Of a stretch of DNA of 64,000 nucleotides, positions 14,763 to 27,275 are shown one piece after another. The translations under genes were made by a program, and so were the position numbers. Source of the stretch: Octopus sinensis (Eukaryota); NCBI RefSeq assembly GCF_006345805.1, contig NC_043009.1, positions 10,230,001 through 10,294,000 of the forward strand, given 5' to 3'. Position 1 is the stretch's first letter; each line of letters starts with the position of its first letter. The notes under the pieces are model-generated. The model saw nothing but the letters and a program-made list of their open reading frames with translations. It was not told where the DNA came from and made no database searches.

Positions 14763-15370
14763 TACCGATTTGAAAAAATACCATTAGGTAACCACTGCAT
14801 TAAACATCTGAACGGTCATTTCCTTATTGTTTCTCATGCAGAAGACAGCTCGCACTAATTGATTCTAGTAATTTATATTTTTTAATATAAATTACTATTA
14901 CTATACATATTACATATGTATAATACAATCCGTCTGTTTATTGATTTCTATCATCGCTGTTTCAGCAATTACCGGCAAGACTGTACTTCGCCGATGTAAT
15001 CAAATAAGACAGAAATATGCCGGAAGTTGTCTCTCAATCATTCCAAAATGATTCAAATAATATTTATCATTGAACTGATGGTCGTTTCCTCGCCGCATAA
15101 CTAATTCTAATTAGATTCATGAAGCGTGCTACATTAAAAGTGTTAAAAATGCTAACACTTCTTCAATATATATTGCTGATACTCTCATACTGTTCGTACG
15201 ATATTCTGTTACATTCCAGTGGCCAGATAAGCATTTATTTAATCATTTCAATGTTTTAAGTAACTTTCCATAATTCTACTAGGCGCAGCTATACAACTGA
15301 AGACATGACCTGAATGTAATAATTCACTGAAGTGATTTCCAGTTGCTCTCGAGGTTCATGACACTGGACA

Positions 15371-15784
15371 TTTCTTTACTACCCACAAGGGACTAAACAG
15401 AGAGAGGACAAACAAGGACAGACAAACGGATTAAGTAGATTACATCGACCCCAGTGCGTAACTGGTACTTCATTTATCGACCTCAAAAGGGATGAAAGCC
15501 AAAGACAAGCTCGGTAGAATTAGAACTCAGAACTTAAAGACAGACGAAATACCTATTTCTTTACTACCCACAAGGGGCTAAACACAGAGAGGACAAACAA
15601 GGACAGACAAACGGATTAAGTCGATTACATCGACCCCAGTGCGTAACTGGTACTTAATTTATCGACCTCGAAAGGATGAAAGGCAAAGTCGACCTCGGCG
15701 GAATTTGAACTCAGAACGTAACGGCTGCCGGAATACGGCTACGCATTTCGCCCGGCGCGCTAACGTTTCTGCCAGCTCGCCGCC
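15371..15784 (-). mobile_element. SINE-A dimer
   Basis: Two about 185-bp body units joined at GACGAAATAC|CTATTTC (15543-15559); single head ending CCAGCTCGCCGCC. Confidence 0.9.
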
Positions 15785-16954
15785 TCACTCGCTAAATATA
15801 TAGTGATCCTGTTGCCTTCAGTGATGTAACAGAACACAGTATTACACCCGAATGGACAGGAACATGGAAAACAATGACCTTTTGTTGAAGATATATAGTG
15901 AACATTATGAAGAGTAAACAAATCACTGTCTACTTTCAGAAACTTATGTCTAATGCAAACAGCTGACAATATATCCACTTTGGTTGCTTTCAACCAGTAT
16001 ATAACATATTAGTTTTTTTAAAGTCTTATTCCCAGCAACAAACATTTTTATATCCAATTGCCATAATCCATTCTCCGTACCCAAATCCATATCAAATTGT
16101 TAAGTTGATACCCAATTACTTATCTGACATAAAATTAATAACCTCTTATCCTGGTAATAATTTGATATTCAATTGCCTACTTCATATCCATTGAATATTT
16201 AACTAGATTCATCATCGTTAGCATGATATATTGTAATTTCAATAAATGCTTCCTTCTCTAAATTACTGCCTATCAATATATTTAAATTTACATTAACGAT
16301 TTCCTCCTTAACACTAATCTTTCGACTCGTTGTCGCGCTGATATTTTCATTCCACAGCTGTCTGCTCACAGAACCCAAACATCTGTTGTACTCCTTAAAA
16401 CTAATTCATAAATGTTAACGCGTAAATATTTATCAAACAACGACCCGCATATCTTCGAATTCATTTCAGCCTCGGATCTCGTTACTTGAATATTCTATAA
16501 AAGACGGGGTCATAGGGGTTTTAGTAAGAGTCACAGCTTGCAGGCTTTCCTAAGGTATAAACAGAGACAGTTAATTCACAATAACCGAGTGATTCTTTCG
16601 AGTTAAAAGAGTATGTTTGTGTCGTTGTTGTTGCTTAGCTCCAGACCGGCCACGATAGAACAAATACAAAGATTAAAACCAACACAGGCGTCAAGATATT
16701 TTTCTCTCAGGCATAGTATACTCCACACAGATTTCCCAATATGTCCGCCGTTTTTTCAATCTAATAACATATGATTTGAAGGATATTTGGTTTTTGCCTA
16801 TAACAGGTTAATGACCACAGGGGTTGCTTTATTGGATCGATCCAATTTATTTCAAGGAATAATTCAATCCTTCGAGTTTACTGGAGCGATATATAACTAA
16901 TAAGTGTTTGCTGCGCTCACTCATTTGTAGCAGATATGAGGGTTGGTTGAAAAG

Positions 16955-17188
16955 ATATCTATTTTTTTACTACCCACAAGGGGCTAAACACAGAGGGGAC
17001 AAACAAGGACAGACATAGGTATTAAGTTGATTACATCGACCCCAGTGCGTAACTGGTATTTAATTTATCGTCCCCGAAAGGATGAAAGGCAAAGTCGACC
17101 CCGGCGGAATTTGAACTCACAACATAACACAGACGAAATACCGCTAAGCATTTCGCCCGGCGCGCTAACGTTTCTGCCAGCTCGCCGC
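16955..17188 (-). mobile_element. SINE-A monomer
   Basis: Full match to the SINE-A consensus seen elsewhere in the window. Confidence 0.9.
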
Positions 17189-17214
17189 TTTTCGGCTGAA
17201 AAGATACCGTCACA

Positions 17215-17600
17215 GAATGTGACCTCCCCCTTGCGGTCTATATTCTTCTTCCATCAGTGTTACAGTGCTTGGATCCCATTGGTAAAGAGCATTCATCCGG
17301 TTGGTCAAAAAAGTCACTAACAGCAGATGTGACGTCATCATTACTGCGATACTGTTTCCCAGCCAAGTGTTTTTTTTATGTTGGGGAACAAATGATGGTG
17401 AGAAGAGGTCAAACCAGGAAAATAGGGAGCGTGATCAACAACCCCCAAGCCACAATCATACACAATAGCCATCGAAACAAAGGACTTTTGTGGTGGTACA
17501 TTGTCCTGATAAAACAAGACTCTAAGACTCTATTCGTCAGTTTTCCTGGGCGTTTGGTCTTGAAAGTCTTGTGTTACTGTCTCAGGAAACTTGCATAGTA
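17215..17600 (-). mobile_element. Mariner transposase C-terminal fragment
   Basis: Minus strand KTKRPGKLT...FYQDNVPPQKSFVSMA...DHAPYFPGLTSSHHHLFPNIKKHLAGKQYRSNDDVTSAV, a decayed QDNAPAH / HPPYSPDLAPSD. Confidence 0.8.
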
Positions 17601-18502
17601 ATTGAACAAGAATTAAACTATATATTTTAACTGAAAATTTCAAGAAATAAAATAGTAATACATTGTACTTGCAAAAGTTCTTGTAAAGAAATTACATCGT
17701 ACAGCGAACGTGTACCAGACTTTGTGGATTATCTATGATATTTATTGAACATGAACTTAGCCCTTAGCTTGATTATTCTGAACTGATCGATGAATTCGCA
17801 AAGCGAAATTGTGCCGCGTTTGTCTTTGAAAGTTGCCTGGATTATAAAAATGGTCTTTTATTCATATCTGGAAGTTTTACTTATTGAAATTTGTAATAGA
17901 CCTAAATAAATTTAACATGTTGTACTTTTAAAGATGTTCCTTAGGGTAAAGTGAAAAATTGAACTTCAAATAGACTAAAGTAAAATATAGCTATGAATAA
18001 AAAGGTGCATAGATTATGAATTTTAATTGAAGGGATGAAGCCTCGAAACAAGAAGTTGCAGGAGGCCTCTAAAAGTTATGCGACGGAGCTGATTCTCCGA
18101 CATTTGCTCTTTATATGGTAACCAGTAATACAAACTCTAGTATTGACCACATCTATACAAGAAGCAGAGTGGCAGATGAGATACTACGTGGAGCTCAAGT
18201 CAACAGTTGCAGTCATACATCTGCTGCACACGCTTATACACAAGATATCTCATAAATGTATATTCGTATGTATTTGTATGTGCGTGCAAATGTGTATACA
18301 TTTACACGTTTTTACTGTTTTATTTATTTAGCGCTTGAAATGCAACCGTGCAGGACATCATCAGCAAAGAATTTAGTTTATTTCAGTATGGCACTAATTT
18401 GAATGAACCCAATCAAAAAAGGTGTTACTGTCTTCGACCTGAAGGAAAGCAATGCCCAGCTTACGCCTGTAAACATAAAGGCAAAAGCAAGATAATACTA
18501 TA

Positions 18503-18768
18503 GGCACAGGTGTAGCTATGTGGTAAGAATATTGCTTCCAAACCACATGGTTCCCGTGTTCAGTCCCACGTAGCACCTTGGGCAACTATATTCTACTATA
18601 ATCTTGGACCGATCAAACTTAGCCGTTCGTCAATAGAGGCAGATAGAATAAGTACCAAGCTTAAAAAATAAGCCCTGGAATCGATTTGTTCGACTAAAAA
18701 CCTTCAAGTCAGTGCCCCAGCATGGCCGTAGTCAAATGACTGAAAGAAGTAAAAGATAAAAGATAAAA
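18503..18768 (+). mobile_element. SINE-B with internal deletion
   Basis: Head and tail motifs present; middle microsatellite region missing. Confidence 0.75.
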
Positions 18769-18894
18769 GACCCTATCTAACACAAAGCACTGAATGTACA
18801 CCTGTTTAGTAATTACTCTTTGCAGTTTTGACTCTTTTAAGTACAGTTCTGCATGTAAGTCACGACAATATGTCAGTCTTCTCTCGTATAATTC

Positions 18895-19310
18895 TTATTT
18901 CTTTATTGCCCACAAGGGGCTAAACATAGAGAGGACAAACAAGGACAGACGAAGAGATTAAGTCGATTACATCGACCCCAGTGCGCAACTGGTACTTAAT
19001 TTATCGACCCCGAAAGGATAAAAGGCAAAGTCGACCTCGGCGGAATTTGAACTCAGAACGTAGCGGCAGACGAAATACCTATTTGTTTACTACCCACAAG
19101 GGGCTAAACACAGAGAGGACAAACAAGGACAGGCAAAGGGATTAAGTCGATTATATCGACCCCACTGCGTAACTGGTACTTAATTTATCGACCCCGAAAG
19201 GATGAAAGGCAAAGTCGACCTCGACGGAATTTGAACTCAGAACGTAACGGCAGACGAAATACACGCATTTCGCCCGGTGTGCTAACGTTTCTGCCAGCTC
19301 GCCGCCTTTA
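18895..19310 (-). mobile_element. SINE-A dimer with TSD
   Basis: Junction GACGAAATAC|CTATTTGTTTAC at 19069-19090; flanking TCTCGTATAATTC (18882-18894) / TCTCGTATATTTC (19311-19323). Confidence 0.9.
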
Positions 19311-19893
19311 TCTCGTATATTTCTGTCTACACTCAGACAATACTTGCTGTATTATTGTCTACATAATACAGAATACAACATCTTTGTAGTTCTAATATAT
19401 CTACTATATCATTGTATTTGTACACAGATCCTTTGTCTGCTGCAAGTGTAACATTACATATTATCTCGTCTATTATTCTATTTATACTCTCGCCCATAAC
19501 ACTGTCGTACGTGTATGCTACATCTTGCAATCTATTTCATTGTTAGATCTGTACTTGTCAACGATCCTCCTGATTTATATCTTTATCATTGTATAAATGT
19601 ATACTACAGTGCTATAGTTATTTTATTCTCCAGTCAAATATCATATCTCCATTACTTTCTGCTATATACATCAATTATATTGCTATGCTAATGCCTCATA
19701 ATTGTCTCTCTATTACTGTCTTCTGTCAACTTGACTATCCGTCTATAAAACTACGTCAACGTAATCTCAACGTATCATCAACCATCTACTTCTTTGTATA
19801 TTTTCTTTGTATATTTTCTTGCACCTATACTATATTTGCCACAGCTTGGTAATGTTTACACACACACACATCTATACATTTGACATATGTACG

Positions 19894-19926
<33 letters not shown>

Positions 19927-20133
19927 ATATGTATGTATATGTATATATATATATGTATGTATATATATATTTGTATATATATATGTATATATATATATAT
20001 ATGTATGCGTGTATATATATATATTATGTATATATACATATGTATGTATATATATATATATGTATATATATGTATATATATATGTGTATGTGTATATGTA
20101 TATATATATATGTATGCATGTATATATACACGC

Positions 20134-20182
<49 letters not shown>

Positions 20183-20222
20183 ACACACACACACATATAT
20201 ATATATAATATATATATATATA

Positions 20223-20327
20223 CAGGGTGATTCAAAAGTCGGCATACATAAGAACAATTTTATTTAACTGTTTCTTTTTAAAAATTATCGATTTTTCCTA
20301 TGTATGCTGACTATTTGATACACCCTG
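20223..20327. mobile_element. Tc1/mariner-type MITE (105 bp)
   Basis: TIRs CAGGGTGATTCAAAAGTCGGCATACA / TGTATGCTGACTATTTGATACACCCTG, TA on both sides. Confidence 0.85.
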
Positions 20328-20334
20328 TATATAT

Positions 20335-20663
20335 AGGAGCAATGCGTCGGTTACGACGACGAGGGTCCCAGCTGATCCGATCAACAGAACAGCTTTATCG
20401 TGAAATTAACGTGCAAGTGGCTGAGCATTCCACAGACACGTGTACCCTCAACGTAGTTCTCAGGGAGATTCAGCGTAATACAAAGTGTGACAAGGCTGAC
20501 CCTTTGAAATACAGGTACTACTCATTTTTGCCAGCTGAGTGGACTGGAGCAACGTGAAATAAAGCGACTTGCTCAAGGACACAACGTGTATCGCCGGGAA
20601 TTGAACTCACCCCCTTGCGATCGTGAGCCGAATGCCCCTAACTACTAAGCTACGCGCCTTCAC
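20335..20663 (-). mobile_element. SINE-C
   Basis: tRNA-like head (GTGAAGGCGCGTAGCTTAGTAGTTAGGGG...GAGTTCAATTCCC); tail matches the plus-strand copy at 22999-23303. Confidence 0.85.
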
Positions 20664-20843
20664 ACACTCACACACACAAGACACACAGACACACACACAT
20701 ATACACGTACATACACACACACACATATATATATATGTATACACAAACAAATATATTTATATATATATATGTGTGTGTATTTATATAGCCTAGTGATTGG
20801 ATTTGGTGTATATATATATTTGTATATATATATATATATAATA

Positions 20844-20884
<41 letters not shown>

Positions 20885-20899
20885 TGTGTGTGTGTGTAT

Positions 20900-21950
20900 G
20901 CAACTCCACGTAAACAACTACTTTGGTAATCTGTCAATCTGCATCCTAGCAGGGTGGCCATCCCAACGCATCTGATTGCGTATGAGGATCATTTCAATAC
21001 TGGATGTGTTAGCTTGCTAAAGAACAACGGCGTCTTGTGTTAAATATTTCCATTTGATGTCTATTATCCTCTTAAGGCAAGTCTGATGGAATCTTTCTAA
21101 AGCCTTGATTTGGCGCCGATATGTCATCCAGGTCTCAGAGGAGTACAGGAGGACCGTTAAAATGCAAGATTCATAGATACTAAGCTTGGCTTTGAAGAGA
21201 ATACCTCTATCAAGCCACACACCATTTTCAAGTCTTCCAAAAGCTTTGCTGGCTTTTTCAGTTCTCAGGTTTATTTCAGAATCAAGGGATCCATCTCTAG
21301 AGAGAGTGCTGACAAAGTAGATGAACGAGTCAACTAAATCTGATCTTGTACCCTGGACGAAGATGTTAGGTTCCACATAGGGTTGGCCTGGTGGCTGAGA
21401 GAACATGATCTTGTTTTCTTTAAACTGATGGTAAGTCCAAAAGCAATACAAGCTCTAGAGAAGAGATCCAGTATAACCTGTATGTCCTCCTTGGTGTGAG
21501 CTGCAAGAACTACATCATCAGCATAAAGGAGCTCTCGAACAAAGGCCTAGAATGTCTTCGACTTTACATTAAAATGTTTAGCATCAAAGACCTTACATGT
21601 GGTTCTGAAGTGAATATAGACGCCAATATCACAATCTTGGAAAGAGTGCAAGATAGTTACAGCAAATTATATGGAAAGAGTGTTGGAGTAGCAATATCAC
21701 CTTGTATAACTCCGTTATCGATGGAAATTGGTTGAGATAGAGACCCATTGAAGTTAAGACGAGCTTTCATATCATTATGAAGTTGCTTAAACAAGTTGAC
21801 AAATTGAGGTGGACATCCGAGTTTACCAAGAATGATCTAGAGAACGGTCCTATTAACAGTGCCGAAGGCTTTTGGTAAATCGACAAATACCTGGTAAAGA
21901 GTTATGTGATGTTCGATGCATTTCTCTTGGAGTTGACGAGCAGAAAATAA
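20900..21950 (-). mobile_element. RTE-clade LINE reverse transcriptase fragment
   Basis: Minus strand IFSARQLQEKCIEH, VFVDLPKAFGTVNR, NGVIQGDIATPTLF, RELLYADDVVLAAH, EINLRTEKASKAFGRL, LLYSSETW, ERFHQTCLKRI, QMRWDGH..RM..DRLPK. Confidence 0.9.
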
Positions 21951-21959
21951 ACACATACA

Positions 21960-22670
21960 CTGGGTTGGCCTACAAGTCCGTTCGGTTTTTGCCGATACTA
22001 AGATTCAGGCATTCTAATAAGTAGCCAACTTCAGACGTACCCTGCGCATGTGCATTCTTTGGATCTTGACACTTGTGACGACATAGGTTGTATTTTGTGT
22101 ACTTGAGATCATCCTGGAATTAGAGACCCAAAACGAACATTATCAATACCTCATGCGTTTTTATTTAAAAAATAGGCAAGAGAGCAGCAGGAACCTGCAG
22201 GAAGATATGTGCTGTGTACGAATAGGACACTGCACGAAAAGATTTTGCCAAAAGTGGTATTCAAGATTTCAAGGCGGCGAGCTGGCAGAATCGTTAGCGC
22301 GCCGGGTGAAATGCGTAGCCGTATTTCGTCTGCCGTTACGTTCTGAGTTCAAACTCCACCGAGGTCAACTTTCAGGTTCGATAAATTAAGTACCAGTTAC
22401 GCACTGGAGTCGATGTAATCGACTTATTCCGTTTGCCTGTCCGTGTTTGTCCCCTCTGTTTTTAATCCCTTGTGGGTAGTAAAGAAATAGGTATTCAAGA
22501 TTTCGATCGGGGAATTTTTCGATTCTAGGTGTATCTCGCTCTGGCCGGCCAACAGAATTCAACAGCGAGTAGGATGGTCGAAGATATTCCTCAAATATCT
22601 AAACTGCGTGTTGAAAACCATCTGCATCAGCTTGGCTACGTCAGCAGTCTCGATGTTCGGGTTGTACATT
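21960..22670 (+). mobile_element. Mariner 5' fragment split by a SINE
   Basis: TIR-like TGGGTTGGCCTACAAGTCCGTTCGGTTTTT; NEHYQYLMRFYLK...RFCQKWYSRF | RSGNF...SRSGRP...VENHLHQLGYVSSLDV. Confidence 0.75.
22271..22489 (+). mobile_element. SINE-A monomer with 15-bp TSD
   Basis: TSD GGTATTCAAGATTTC at 22256-22270 and 22490-22504; B box GAGTTCAAACTCC. Confidence 0.92.
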
Positions 22671-22739
22671 AATTGAATCTACTTCATTCTTTTATTTTCT
22701 TTGTCACAGTTATATCTATCAAGCTATGTTTTACTTTAA

Positions 22740-22911
22740 CCGTTTAGCACTTAAACCGACCGAATCCAGCCCGAATAATTTACATATTTCATTTTCAAAC
22801 CAGCGAGATATGGCCTTTCACATTTAACCTGCAATGTAGTTCTAAAGATAAGCAATTGCACAATCGAAATTCCAAAGTTACAATGGACAGAATAATTTGA
22901 ATGCTAAAGAG
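22740..22911. mobile_element. TTAA-flanked (piggyBac-type) MITE
   Basis: TTAA|CCGTTTAGCACTTAAA ... TTTGAATGCTAAAGAG|TTAA. Confidence 0.7.
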
Positions 22912-22998
22912 TTAATCTTGTATCTACACTGCCGGTTACTTTATAATTGAATATTACTGATTCCTGCTATTTTTATACTACTATCTATAGCTGTGTGT

Positions 22999-23303
22999 GT
23001 GAAGGCGCATGGTTAAGTAGTTAAGGTATTCCACTCGCTATTGTAAGGTCATGAGTTCAATTCCTAGCGACGCGTTGTGTCTTTGAGCAAAACATTTTAT
23101 TCCACGTTGCTCCAGTCCACTCAGCTAGCAAACACGAGTAGTACCTGTATGTCAAAGGGCCAGCTTTGTTACTTTGTGTCACGCTGAATCTCCCTGTGAA
23201 CACGTGTGAGTGGAGTGCTCAGCCACATGCACGTTAACCTCACGAGTAGGCTGTTCAGTTGATCGGATCAATGGAGCCCTCGTCCGTAACCGACGGAGTG
23301 CCA
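22999..23303 (+). mobile_element. SINE-C
   Basis: GTGAAGGCGCATGG...GAGTTCAATTCC...TGTGTCTTTGAGCAAAACA (CORE-like)...GTAACCGACGGAGTGCC. Confidence 0.85.
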
Positions 23304-23442
23304 ATCTATGGCTATTTGTATACTGCTATATATTTCTCTGCTATAACTGTACTACTATCTACTGTCTACGTCATTGTTGTGTCTAACTTAATACCTATTT
23401 TCTAATTCACTGTATTACATATACTGAAATCTAATGTCTAAT

Positions 23443-23555
23443 TTGTAAGCGAATTTGTACGAATTTGTAAGTATCTTTTAGCATCCTAAGTTCATGAAAG
23501 ATATTTGTACGAATTTGTACGAATTTATACGAATTTGTAAACTATTTATACAAAT
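23443..23555. repeat. Decamer minisatellite (GAATTTGTAC)n in two runs
   Basis: About 3 units at 23443-23470 and about 5 at 23503-23555. Confidence 0.8.
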
Positions 23556-23758
23556 TTCTACTGTCTAATTCACTGTTGTACTTAAAATAATTTCTACTTC
23601 ACTGTCGTATCTAAATGTCGGTTTTCTTCGTTTTTATAACTATCCTACAGTTTATTGTCGACTTAACGTTTGTATCTAAACTACTGCCGTCTGTCTACTT
23701 TACTTTTTATGAAGGTACCACAGAGGCCGTGGGAGTAGTTCGATGAACTACTCTAGAA

Positions 23759-24034
23759 CAATGGTTCTCAACTATTTCTCACCCATGAACCCCTTTGATC
23801 ATTTTTCTCTTCTCAAAGCCATTTGATGTTTAAAAACAAGTTTTATAGATGCTTTTAGAATTACATTTTGTTCTTCATACACTAACTTGTATCGGTTGGA
23901 CTTCGTAAAGCGTCAGAGAAAGAAACCTCGCTGCTTCTTGCCATAAATGCATCGAAAGTAACATTTTTTCATGGACCCCTAAAAGTCTTACATGGACCTC
24001 CAGGGTTCATATGGACCCAAGTTGAGAACCACTA
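23759..24034. mobile_element. hAT (Charlie-like) MITE
   Basis: CAATGGTTCTCAAC / GTTGAGAACCACTA; 8-bp TSD CTCTAGAA / CCATAGAA. Confidence 0.8.
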
Positions 24035-25050
24035 CCATAGAACTAACATACACGCCGTTGACTCATATTCCTTTGTTAAACTTCACTTATCTTAATAGCG
24101 ATTCATAAATACAATCTTGATACCCTATATAGAAACAATATTTCTATACCTTCCCAGCAAGCCCTAGTGTATTACTGACTCGTTATGGGAAAGAATAGAC
24201 AACATTGTGGCTCCTACGTGATCACTCACCCTGCATGAAATAGCAACCAAACATCCTTAAAATTACATCTGACTAGTATGTAGTAGTATTATTTGTCGAT
24301 GGTGGATTGGTAGAATTGTCAGAACCTCGGAAAAATACGATGCAGTTTTCTTCAGGGCCTTCATACTTTGTGGCCAGCTTTACTTTTCATCTTCAAAGGT
24401 TGACAATATAAAGTATCAGTCGAATACTGGGTCGATACAATCAGTTAATCTATTCCTTTAAAGAACTGCTGGCCTTTTTAAGTGAATTAGAAGCAATTAT
24501 TATTCATTTATGTTTTGTTAATTGCCTGTTTTAAATACAAAGTGCAGATCTTTGTGAATAAATTAAGGACAAAGAAACCGAATCAACAGCTGAGTTACGT
24601 GAGGCATTTAACGAAATTCACTGAAGATGAGGTAGGTGTGGGAAAAGGCACATCTAAAGCTTTAGGTAATTCGATAAGGTGAAATCATTACAAGACATAA
24701 CATTTTGAATACTAAATGCTTCGTTTCTTGTAAAAGCAAATCAATAAGGCTAACGTTCGCCGTTTTGAAAACAAAACAAAACACAAAACACAACGTGGAC
24801 AAAACATAAAACAAAGCAAAAAAGACATTCGTTGAGTTCCAATTCTTAGCCACGTCAGACATTTTACATTAAAAACAGCTCTGCATTTATATCTCATCAG
24901 AACAGCTTTTATACGAAACATTATAATGTCGGTTTCTTGATCAAACAGACAACAGTTCGAATTAAATCAGTTTGAATTAATGCAGAACGTTGACACTTAG
25001 AACAGGCAGTTAATTAAGAATAATCTAGATCACCTAACTTTATTATATAG

Positions 25051-25255
25051 ATACCTATTTCTTTACTACCCACAAGGGGCTAAACACAGAAGGGACAAAC
25101 AAGGACAGACAAACGGATGAAGTCGATTACATCGACTCCAGTGCGTAACTGGTACTTAATTTTTCCACTCCGAAAGGACGAAAGGCAAAGTCGACCTCGG
25201 CGGAATTTGAACTCAGAACGTAACGGGCGCGCTAACGTTTCTGCCAGCTCGCCGC
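25051..25255 (-). mobile_element. SINE-A monomer (head deletion)
   Basis: Consensus match with about 25 bp missing between the A and B boxes. Confidence 0.85.
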
Positions 25256-25491
25256 TTTTATTTTATATTTATTATATAAATACCACGAAGATGGTACTGT
25301 TATCAACTTAACAGCAATTGATAACTGTAGTTATTGGATGCATCATTAAGTAAGAAGCAGTGATATATTCTTTAACTTAAACTCCATGACATTTGGGCAA
25401 AGTATTTATTAGTCGTCGTCGGCTTTATCTCGTGTCCGAGAATTTAGCATTCTTTGCTGAACGCTTCCTTTATGGTGATGGTATTAATGAT

Positions 25492-25788
25492 CAGGGGTTC
25501 CCAACCTTATTTTGCTTGTGGAACCCTTGAGAGCTATCTTATCATCTGTGGACCCCATATATGTACTTGTAAATTTTTGAAATAAAATATTTGAGTGTAG
25601 GTTAGTAAAAACTAACAATAAAACAATTTCGTTATATTCATAACATAAATACCAAATATAAATCTTGAAAATTTCAATAAATTCAGGTAACTCTCCTAGT
25701 AAACAAAATTTATATACGAATCCAAACATTACAATTTTTTTTATTCGTGGACCTCCTTAAAGCTTCTGTGGACCCCTGGGAACCCTTG
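25492..25788. mobile_element. hAT MITE
   Basis: CAGGGGTTCCCAAC / CTGGGAACCCTTG; internal GTGGACCCC repeats as in the 23759 element; TSD degenerate (TTAATGAT / TTGTAGAT). Confidence 0.7.
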
Positions 25789-25851
25789 TTGTAGATAATC
25801 TTTTTCATAGAGTCGATGGCATTGACTGCGTGGTTATGTTGTTAGTTATAA

Positions 25852-26082
25852 GGCGGCGAGCTGGCAGAAACATTAGCACGCCGGGCGAAATGCTTAGCGG
25901 TATTTCGTCTGCCGTTACGTTCTGAGTTCAAATTCCGCCGAGATCGACTTTGCCTTTCATCCTTTCGGGGTCGATAAATAAAGTACCAGTTTCGCACAGG
26001 GGTCGATGTAATTGACTTAATCCCTTTGTCTGTCCTTGTTTGTCCTCCCTGTGTTTAATCCCTTCTGGGTAATAAAGAAATA
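25852..26082 (+). mobile_element. SINE-A monomer
   Basis: GGCGGCGAGCTGGCAGAAAC...GAGTTCAAATTCCGCCGAG...GGGTAATAAAGAAATA. Confidence 0.9.
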
Positions 26083-26084
26083 TA

Positions 26085-26400
26085 TGTTTTTAGAGGTTGA
26101 GTTTGTCGAGACTTTCTCTCCTGTCGTTTGATATCTCCCTTTTCTCTTCTGGTTTCTTCAAAGCTTTTGATACTAATGGTGATGGAACACCTTATTTTGC
26201 TTGTGGACTTAGTACGGTCTCGGGCTTGTGTTTCAAACAACTTAGGCTCAATTCCAATGGCTTTCAGTGCAGCTTTGAGTTGGACCTTGGATCTTCGAAG
26301 AAGACAACCCCGTGGTCTTTTCCCTGAAGTAAGCTCGCTGAAAAAGACTTAGTGTATGAATCTTGACTCTTCCATTCTTGCAATATCGTAGACGATGTTT
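26085..26400 (-). mobile_element. RTE-clade LINE ORF C-terminal fragment
   Basis: Minus strand IARMEESRFIH*VFFSELTSGKRPRG...KVQLKAALKAIGIEPKLFETQARDR...FEETRREKGDIKRQERKSR resembles the RTE C-terminus. Confidence 0.65.
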
Positions 26401-27243
26401 ATCTACTGGACATTGCTTTTATAATTTGAATTTTTGTTTGTTTATATTTCGCCATGAAGATTGAGCTGCATAATGTTGTCCCAAACATCGTACCTGGAAC
26501 GAAAATGCAATTGTTACTGTTGGTACATATTTGGTCAGGTCTCTAGATCTTCATGACTTACCTGGAGGTATACAATAACAGCGACACCTTATAAAACCAC
26601 TAACCAACGCGGGAACCGCCAAATGCTCGTCCAATCTGTTGGAAACATCAAAAGTTTTATAAATCGAACTCCGTCGCTTTGGGAAAGATGAAAAAGGAAA
26701 AGAACGTTACGTTGAATAGCGTAGCATTAGATATGTCTTACTTTAGGTCCTCAACTCCTGCTCAAATCGTATGGTGTCGTGAAATTAGCGATGACTTAAG
26801 CATTTGAGACCTAGTGAAACCTATCCCTCGACAGGTCTTCCTACGGCCGATTAGTTCTAGAAAGACGGTGGGAATGGAGAAGAGTAAAACAGAAAAGAAA
26901 GAAGCCATAAAAGATAGAGAGAATGGAAGCAATCGGCTTCAGTAAAATAATGGTGTTTCATTTACCAACCCCGAAATGATTGAGAGCAAGTTTACTTGAC
27001 GGTATTCGTACTCGTAAGAATATCAGGAGACAATCTATACGACGCCTTAACACCGGTCGTAGTTTTAGAATACTATGTTTGAAAATTTGAAGGAATGATT
27101 GCGACTGCAATGTCTTTGATCATAGGTCTGCTTACAAAATTCAGCTCTGATCTGGTAGGGAAGGATCCACATCAGATCATTACAAAAGATCATTACCTGT
27201 CTCTGTCCGCTTGTCTCTCATTCTCTATACCTCCCTAGCCCTC

Positions 27244-27275
<32 letters not shown>

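Noticed and set aside
15900-16400. Possible very old LINE RT (IYINDFL...RADIF on the plus strand)
   Set aside because: Only one short motif recognisable; too decayed to call.
23443-23555. Regular short repeats as a CRISPR-like array
   Set aside because: 10-bp units with no unique spacers; an ordinary minisatellite in eukaryotic DNA.
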